Shown here: positions 22,034 to 32,000 of the stretch, one piece after another
Numbering within the stretch: position 1 is the first letter of the stretch
How the letters are laid out: each line of letters starts with the position of its first letter
Origin: Nitrosopumilus maritimus SCM1
GTDB lineage: Archaea > Thermoproteota > Nitrososphaeria > Nitrososphaerales > Nitrosopumilaceae
Length of the DNA stretch: 32,000 nt
Assembly (NCBI RefSeq): GCF_000018465.1
Contig: NC_010085.1
Coordinates: forward strand, 870,001 to 902,000
Direction of reading: 5' to 3'
Program-made: the position numbers and the translations under genes
Notes under the pieces: generated by a model
Database searches by the model: none
What the model was told of the DNA's origin: nothing
The model's input: the letters and a program-made list of their open reading frames with translations, nothing else

Positions 22034-22738
22034 TTGATAAAACACATTACAATCCCAATATTGTTGGACAAAGCTTTGCTTGATAAAGTTCAAGAACTTT
22101 TGATTCTTGGCATTGGTGATGAAGGTAGATTAAGACATATCAAAAGTATGTTAGAACAAGATCTAAAACTATACGCTTCAGATGCAAAATATTTGGAGAA
22201 TCTCATCCAAACCCATTTGCCTGATTCTGAAAATACTGATTTGAAAAATGATACAAAAAAAGAAACTACTCAAAATAAGACTCTACAAAATAACAGTAAT
22301 GAGAATAAACCAAATTCTACAAAACCTAATGAAATTCGTGTTACTTCCACAAGAAATTACGTGAGACCTTTAGGTGTAACTATCATTGCTATTTTGGAAA
22401 TTATTTCTGGAATTTCTTCAATAGTAATTGGTGCAGTTTTCAGTATGTTGGTGGGCTTTGTTGGTGCAGATGTTTTTGATATGATTGGTACTAGTATTAT
22501 GGGAATTGTCAGTGGCACCATGGTTGCTATGGGCGTAGTAGCTTTTGTTTTGGCTTGGGGATTACTCAAAGGAAAATCATGGGCATGGACTGTTACTCTA
22601 ATTTTTACTATTCTCAATGTGATTATCAGCATTCCATCAATGAATCCAATTAGTCTAGCAATTAACTTTGTAATATTGTACTACTTGTATCGTCCACATG
22701 TCAAAGCATACTTTGGCAAAGGTGCAGAAATATTGTAA
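22034..22738 (+). CDS. Membrane protein: soluble N-terminal domain, N/K/T-rich linker, 4 TM helices
   Basis: 234 aa with a TTG start per the track. C-terminal hydrophobic segments include GLLKGKSWAWTVTLIFTILNVIISI. No family recognised. Confidence 0.7.
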   Translation: MIKHITIPILLDKALLDKVQELLILGIGDEGRLRHIKSMLEQDLKLYASDAKYLENLIQTHLPDSENTDLKNDTKKETTQNKTLQNNSNENKPNSTKPNEIRVTSTRNYVRPLGVTIIAILEIISGISSIVIGAVFSMLVGFVGADVFDMIGTSIMGIVSGTMVAMGVVAFVLAWGLLKGKSWAWTVTLIFTILNVIISIPSMNPISLAINFVILYYLYRPHVKAYFGKGAEIL

Positions 22739-23017
22739 TGTTAATCAGAATCAAAAATAAAAAAATTCTCAGACGTCACATAATTGAACTACTAGAAAAG
22801 TCAGATTTTCTTTAACCATTACTTTGAAGAATTTACCAACAGATCTATTAGCAACCTTCGATCTGTTCTCTTGATGTCTGAAAACCAAAAACAATGGTGG
22901 GTAGGATTAGCAGATGAACTGCAAAACGACATTGAGTTAGAAGAATAAAATCAAAGCTTAGTGTCCACTAGGGATTTTTAATTCACAAAAAATTCTATAG
23001 CTTTCGCTAAGAGTGAT

Positions 23018-23030
23018 TAAAAATAAAATC
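23018..23030 (-). terminator. Oligo-T tract downstream of the 23S rRNA (candidate archaeal terminator)
   Basis: The minus strand reads GATTTTATTTTTAATC just 3' of the 23S processing stem. Archaeal RNA polymerase terminates at oligo-T. Confidence 0.35.
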
Positions 23031-23091
23031 ATCGTACAAGTCGTGTATATTCCACTTTGATGAATAAAATGATTCATCGCGCATAGTCTCT

Positions 23092-26105
<3,014 letters not shown>

Positions 26106-26240
26106 TACACGACTATGCACGACGATCATTGCAGGTCTCCTGGCAGAGACCCACTACATCCTTCATACATCACTTTTGGTGATGCATTGCATCGATGATT
26201 TGATGTGAAGATTAGTGCATCCGTACACTTTCCTTATCTA
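26106..26240 (-). other. 16S-23S internal transcribed spacer, no tRNA
   Basis: About 135 nt between the rRNAs. It carries halves of both processing stems and has no cloverleaf or T-loop sequence. Confidence 0.8.
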
Positions 26241-27712
<1,472 letters not shown>

Positions 27713-27930
27713 TGAATTTTTGATTTTTGATTATTGAAGTACATTTGTACTTTAATTGGAATTGACGGATGCACATAATCTTCACATCTCAGATATTGAT
27801 CACTTGATCAAAGTCCTCATTTTTGTATGCGTAACTGGAGGCCCACGAATCACAAAATGGTATATTACCATACTTCATCGCAAGCGCCGCCTATTGCGTT
27901 ACGTATGCAAAAGCATCACATGCCAGAATC

Positions 27931-27938
27931 CATATAAA
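27931..27938 (-). promoter_or_regulatory. Candidate rRNA operon TATA box (TTTATATG on the minus strand)
   Basis: This is the strongest TATA-like element upstream of the 16S processing stem. It would give a 5' leader of about 190 nt. No experimental support. Confidence 0.35.
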
Positions 27939-27994
27939 CCATGCGAGAAATTATGCCTGATCGACCCTATTTCTTGTAAAAATTACAATGTTAC

Positions 27995-28056
27995 AACTAT
28001 GCAGAACTATGCAGTTTTGGAAAAATTGAGCCTGATAACTATGCCAAACTATGCCA
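27995..28056. promoter_or_regulatory. Two pairs of tandem 10-mers: AACTATGCAG x2 (27995-28014) and AACTATGCCA x2 (28037-28056)
   Basis: Read directly from the sequence. Four copies of the AACTATGC core, with the pairs 42 bp apart, lie in the divergent region between the rRNA promoter and the aminotransferase gene. Confidence 0.45.
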
Positions 28057-28087
28057 TTTTCAATGTTAAAATGATAGAAGGAATTTT

Positions 28088-29395
28088 GTGAATTTGCTTT
28101 TGGATTACATCAAAGAATACAAAAAGAAAACAAAGACATCAGCAAAACTATTTTCAAAATCAGCTAAACTGCATGTCAATGGTGTTTCTCATAACATAAG
28201 ATTTTATGAACCATATCCATTTGTTGTAAAAAAATCTGCAGGAAAAAATTTGGTAGATGTTGACTCTAACAAGTATACTGATTACTGGATGGGTCATTGG
28301 GCTTTGATTTTGGGACATGGTCCAAATAGTGTGAAAAAGAATCTGCAAAAACAAATTGAGAAAAGCTGGATGTATGGAACGGTAAATGAGCAGACGATTC
28401 AACTTTCAGAATTAATTTCAAAGGCAGTTCCAGTAGCAGAAAAAATTCGTTATGTTACATCTGGAACTGAAGCTACAATGTATGCAGTAAGATTGGCCCG
28501 TTCAGTTTCAGGCAGAAAAGTGATTGCCAAGATAGATGGAGGATGGCACGGATATACATCGGATTTACTAAAGTCAGTAAATTGGCCATTTTCAGAATCT
28601 GAAAGTTCCGGAGTTGTAAATGAAGAACAGATTGTTTCAATTCCTTACAATGATTTAGAAAAGTCATTATCCATTTTGAAAAAATATTCCAAGGACTTGG
28701 CAGGAGTAATCATTGAACCAGTATTAGGTGGAGGGGGATGCATTCCAGCGGATTCAGAATACTTGAAAGGAGTTCAGGAATTTTGTAAGAAGAATAATTC
28801 ATTGTTTATCCTAGATGAGATAGTTACTGGATTTCGATTCAGGTTTGGATGTCTATACCCTACAATGAAACTTGATCCAGACATTGTTACTTTGGGAAAA
28901 ATTGTTGGAGGAGGATTATCAATTGGTGTGATGTGTGGCAAAAAGGAAATCATGGAAGCAGCAGACACTACAGGAAAGAAAAAATCAGAGAGAAGTTATG
29001 TTGGAGGAGGTACGTTTTCAGCCAATCCAGCCTCAATGGTGGCAGGATATTCAACTCTAGATTATCTAAAATCAAAAAAGACAGTTTATTCAAAAATCAA
29101 TGATTTGGGCAAATTTGCCAGAAAAGAGATTGGCAAGGCTTTTGATGGCAAAGTAGCAGTTACTGGAAAAGGCTCTCTGTTTATGACTCACTTTTTACAA
29201 AACGGCATATCAGAGATTAGAAACTCTGCAGATGCCGCAAAATGTAATGGAGGGCTATTGGCAAAATATCATTTCAAAATGATTGCCCATGATGGAATCT
29301 TCTTTTTGCCAGGCAAACTAGGGGCAATATCAAATGCACATTCTAAAGAAGATATCAAGAAGATTGTAAAGGCATCAGAAGAATTTACTTGTTAG
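28088..29395 (+). CDS. Class III PLP aminotransferase, glutamate-1-semialdehyde 2,1-aminomutase-like
   Basis: 435 aa. [47 protein letters not shown], and TLGKIVGGG (PLP lysine). It diverges from canonical HemL motifs (NGVSHNIRF versus PGGVNSPVRAF), so no gene symbol is assigned. GTG start. Confidence 0.85.
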   Translation: MNLLLDYIKEYKKKTKTSAKLFSKSAKLHVNGVSHNIRFYEPYPFVVKKSAGKNLVDVDSNKYTDYWMGHWALILGHGPNSVKKNLQKQIEKSWMYGTVNEQTIQLSELISKAVPVAEKIRYVTSGTEATMYAVRLARSVSGRKVIAKIDGGWHGYTSDLLKSVNWPFSESESSGVVNEEQIVSIPYNDLEKSLSILKKYSKDLAGVIIEPVLGGGGCIPADSEYLKGVQEFCKKNNSLFILDEIVTGFRFRFGCLYPTMKLDPDIVTLGKIVGGGLSIGVMCGKKEIMEAADTTGKKKSERSYVGGGTFSANPASMVAGYSTLDYLKSKKTVYSKINDLGKFARKEIGKAFDGKVAVTGKGSLFMTHFLQNGISEIRNSADAAKCNGGLLAKYHFKMIAHDGIFFLPGKLGAISNAHSKEDIKKIVKASEEFTC

Positions 29396-29798
29396 AGTCA
29401 TTTGGAAAAAATTCTGATTTCCAAGATTTGAGTTTTGCAAAAATATCCATGTATTCAGAGGATTTTACGGTAATGTGGACATGGGTATACAACTCTCCAA
29501 ACTGAGACTCAAATATCATCCTGCATTCATCCTTGAAAAAAGGAACAGATATGCCAATCTTTTTGAGATGAGAAAATTCAAAATCCTGGATTATAATTGA
29601 CTTGCCAGAAACTGTAATTTTCTTTGGTTCAGCATTTTTGGAGACAGTCTCATCGAGTTTCTGTTTTACAGAATCATCCCACAGTGGAGTGTCATGAGGC
29701 CATCTGTGTACAAAGACTTTTTCAGCTAGAAAAGAAACTTCAGACAATATCAGAATTAATTTGCATGTTTTTATAAAATAACTGATCTCAAAAACCAT
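29385..29798 (-). CDS. Hypothetical protein
   Basis: 137-aa ORF convergent with the aminotransferase gene, overlapping it by 11 nt. Two HxT motifs (PHDT, HITV) weakly recall 2H phosphoesterases, but the protein is short for that fold. Confidence 0.5.
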   Translation of the reverse strand: MVFEISYFIKTCKLILILSEVSFLAEKVFVHRWPHDTPLWDDSVKQKLDETVSKNAEPKKITVSGKSIIIQDFEFSHLKKIGISVPFFKDECRMIFESQFGELYTHVHITVKSSEYMDIFAKLKSWKSEFFPNDSNK

Positions 29799-29919
29799 GG
29801 AAAAGAAAAAAGAGGAAAAAGAGGCCTATGCCACAGAGGACCCAACTAAAGCAGATGCAAAATCTCAAGAAGACTTGGCAAGAGAGGCAATCAAGAAATT
29901 CAAATCATTGAATAATTAG
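29797..29919 (+). CDS. 40-aa charged mini-protein (hypothetical)
   Basis: Own translation: [40 protein letters not shown]. Its ATG shares the CCATGG site with the divergent ORF start. Confidence 0.25.
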   Translation: MEKKKEEKEAYATEDPTKADAKSQEDLAREAIKKFKSLNN

Positions 29920-29955
29920 CAAGATTTGATTATAGAATAAAGGTTGTAGAAAATT

Positions 29956-30777
29956 ATGGGATTGTTTGGAAAAAAAGAAGACCCTGAAGATTTGATGTAC
30001 GAGGGTGTGGGCATGATGGAAAAGAATCAGCCAAAGGCAGCCATTTCATTTTTCAACAAGGTCCTAAAACAAGAGCCAGAAAATACAGAGGCATTACTTC
30101 AAAAGGGGTTGGCATTAAACTTGATAAAAAAATACCAAGATGCAATTACTTGTTTTGATAAATTAATAGAAATTGATCCTAAAGATGCCCAAGCCCTAAA
30201 CAACAGAGGAATATCCATGGCAGAGACAGGCAACATCCAGGGGGCTGCAGAATATTATGACAGGGCAATTGAGGCAGATTCCAAATATGCATCAGCTTAT
30301 TTCAACAAAGGCGTACTACTAGACAAACTCCAAGAACATGAAGAGGCATTAACAGTTTTAGAAAAAGCAATAACAATTGATCCAAGAAAGCCAAATGCCA
30401 TGATCTACAAGGGAATAGTTCTAGGTAAACTCAAAAGAAACGAAGAGGCATTGAATTGCTTTTCAAATGTTTGCAAAAAATATCCAAACAATTTGGATGC
30501 ATTTTTCCAAAAAGGAGTTCAGCTAGCTGAATTAGACCAACATAAAAAAGCACTAGATGTGTTTGATGAACTCTTAAAAAAATACAAAGACAACGTGAAT
30601 GTGATTTATGCAAAATCACGCAGTATGGCAGCACTTGAAAAGTATCCTGAATCACTAGAATTACTAAAACAAGCAGTATCCAAAAGTCCCAAAGTTATTC
30701 GAGCATGGGCAAAAGAAGAGCCAATTTTCACAAAATTGCACAGTAATGATGAATTTAGAAAGATTGTAAAACTATAG
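29956..30777 (+). CDS. Tetratricopeptide (TPR) repeat protein
   Basis: 273 aa with about seven consecutive 34-aa units showing the W/L-G-Y-A-F-A-P pattern, for example ALLQKGLALNLIKKYQDAITCFDKLIEIDPKDAQ and ALNNRGISMAETGNIQGAAEYYDRAIEADSKYAS. Confidence 0.9.
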   Translation: MGLFGKKEDPEDLMYEGVGMMEKNQPKAAISFFNKVLKQEPENTEALLQKGLALNLIKKYQDAITCFDKLIEIDPKDAQALNNRGISMAETGNIQGAAEYYDRAIEADSKYASAYFNKGVLLDKLQEHEEALTVLEKAITIDPRKPNAMIYKGIVLGKLKRNEEALNCFSNVCKKYPNNLDAFFQKGVQLAELDQHKKALDVFDELLKKYKDNVNVIYAKSRSMAALEKYPESLELLKQAVSKSPKVIRAWAKEEPIFTKLHSNDEFRKIVKL

Positions 30778-31476
30778 AATCTTTTTTCGTACTGCATCGA
30801 TTCGGATTATTTCGACCTTCTTTTTTGGACCAATTAGTCGGCCCTCAAAAATCGGTACATAGAGTTCGGTGATTTCACGCAATACAAATTCTTCAGATAG
30901 TTCTCTCACATCGGTCTCAAGAGGTTTTTTCAATTGAGACTGAAGTTTCTCTAATGCAGCATCATATGTTATTTCAGGTCTTTTTACATTTGGTTCATTT
31001 TTTTGTAGTAATCGTTTAGGATAATTTTCCACCGTATCAGAATTTACTTTGAATGGGAATTTTATCTCTCTTCCGTGATGATCAAATGCAAGTTCATCTT
31101 CTTCTTTAACAAATACGTGTTCTTCCAAGTTTATGTCAATCTTGTTTTTTCCTTTCTTTCCAGTTAACGCCTTTTCAAACCCAGATTTAGAGCGAGTCTG
31201 AAATACGCCATCGCCAAGTTCAACTTCTTTTACATTGTAGGGAACAGAGATTGTATGGGTTGCCTTTCGATAATAGTCAGCAACATATTTTCCAGACACT
31301 AGTAAAATGCATTCATAGTATAATTTGACGGAGTGGATGTGAACTTGTTCTTTTTTTGGTCTAGACAATAGTGATTTGAATGGGTTTGTCTTCTTTTCTT
31401 CTATAATCTCAGTTGCTTCTTCAAGTTCGATGTTTTTTCTAAGAACAACTGTCTTTACATCATAGGACTTGCTCAA
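30772..31476 (-). CDS. Hypothetical protein
   Basis: 234-aa ORF with protein-like composition. No family recognised. Overlaps the TPR gene end by 6 nt (convergent). Confidence 0.7.
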   Translation of the reverse strand: MSKSYDVKTVVLRKNIELEEATEIIEEKKTNPFKSLLSRPKKEQVHIHSVKLYYECILLVSGKYVADYYRKATHTISVPYNVKEVELGDGVFQTRSKSGFEKALTGKKGKNKIDINLEEHVFVKEEDELAFDHHGREIKFPFKVNSDTVENYPKRLLQKNEPNVKRPEITYDAALEKLQSQLKKPLETDVRELSEEFVLREITELYVPIFEGRLIGPKKKVEIIRIDAVRKKIL

Positions 31477-31553
31477 AACTATACAAAGTACATGATTCTA
31501 GTTATTAAACCAATTCTACTAGGAATTAAATAATAGATTTTAGAAAATAAAGC

Positions 31554-31919
31554 ATGGCAACAAAAAAGAAAGTTGGGTATATTGAACGATTTTTGAAAAA
31601 AGCAGACAAGGCAATTGATGATGGAGTAAAAAGGGCTGATGAAGTTCTAGAGGATGCAGTAGAATTTGGAACAATGACTGCAAAACAGGCTGCAAAAGCA
31701 AGTAAGGACATACAACTAAGAGCAAAAAAAGAAAGTGAAGCAATACACAAAAAAGGTACCAAAAAGATTGAGGAAGGACTTTCTGCTGCAAAAAATGCAA
31801 CATCAAACACAGAAGAAGATTTGGCAACACTTGAGAAATTAGGAAAATTACGAAAAGCAGGAGTTCTTACTGAAAAAGAGTTTCAGGCAAAGAAAAAGAA
31901 AATTCTGGAAAGAATTTAA
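31554..31919 (+). CDS. Lys/Glu-rich helical protein with a C-terminal SHOCT domain
   Basis: 121 aa. The C-terminus LATLEKLGKLRKAGVLTEKEFQAKKKKILERI matches the SHOCT pattern (l.kL..L...G.lteeEF...K..iL). Confidence 0.8.
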   Translation: MATKKKVGYIERFLKKADKAIDDGVKRADEVLEDAVEFGTMTAKQAAKASKDIQLRAKKESEAIHKKGTKKIEEGLSAAKNATSNTEEDLATLEKLGKLRKAGVLTEKEFQAKKKKILERI

Positions 31920-31920
31920 A

Positions 31921-32000
31921 ATGAAAAAAACAAACATTCAAGGAAGTAATGATAAAAGAAATGTAAATCCAAATTGGTTTACATCAAAGACATGGATGAA
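31921..32000 (+). CDS. Partial CDS (N-terminus only), possibly a cupin-domain protein
   Basis: MKKTNIQGSNDKRNVNPNWFTSKTWM... starts 1 nt after the previous stop. N.NWFT.K.W resembles the N-terminal strand of small cupins. Only 26 codons are visible. Confidence 0.35.
   Translation, partial: MKKTNIQGSNDKRNVNPNWFTSKTWM

Noticed and set aside
26106-26240. tRNA (Ala/Ile) in the 16S-23S spacer, or a linked 5S rRNA
   Set aside because: The spacer is only about 135 nt, is occupied by the processing-stem halves and lacks T-loop or acceptor features. No 5S-like GC-rich block follows the 23S.
27756-28091. 111-aa TTG-start ORF between the 16S rRNA and the aminotransferase gene
   Set aside because: It covers the rRNA processing stem, 5' leader and candidate promoter on the opposite strand. 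It has no recognisable motifs and an odd composition, so it is more likely non-coding regulatory DNA.
29385-29798. 2H phosphoesterase (LigT-like) assignment for the 137-aa ORF
   Set aside because: It is based only on two HxT tetrads (PHDT, HITV). The protein is shorter than the fold usually requires and the surrounding motif context is poor. It is left as hypothetical.

Overview
Visibly AT-rich archaeal chromosomal segment. The 16S-ITS-23S rRNA operon sits on the minus strand (about 23092..27712), with no tRNA in the spacer and no linked 5S. From memory, its 16S reads like a Nitrosopumilus-type ammonia-oxidising thaumarchaeon; this should be confirmed by a database search. About 35 protein genes surround it, many with a TATA-like box 21-23 nt before the start codon, which suggests leaderless mRNAs. 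No CRISPR array, transposase, integrase or tRNA gene was seen. The best candidate for an undescribed system is a tightly coupled seven-gene minus-strand array (15246 down to 6754). It begins with a 53-aa Cys-rich zinc-ribbon ORF absent from the ORF track, then a Ddl-type ATP-grasp fused to an M20 peptidase-like domain. This parts list recalls LysW/LysX/LysK carrier-protein chemistry. CNNM/CorC, an N-terminally extended CorA, a Kv-type K+ channel, gamma-glutamyltransferase and N-formylglutamate amidohydrolase follow. Other notable items: a secreted multidomain protein ending in a Kazal inhibitor domain whose reactive loop (ACTLEY..CG.D.KTYGNKC) matches avian ovomucoid third domain; a classical C2H2 zinc finger on a small membrane protein; two related 20-bp palindromes flanking a wHTH regulator; perfect 18-bp x12 coding tandem repeats; a run of secreted coiled-coil and repeat proteins; and many tiny Cys-rich ORFs. 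All functional calls rest on motif recognition by eye, since no searches were run.
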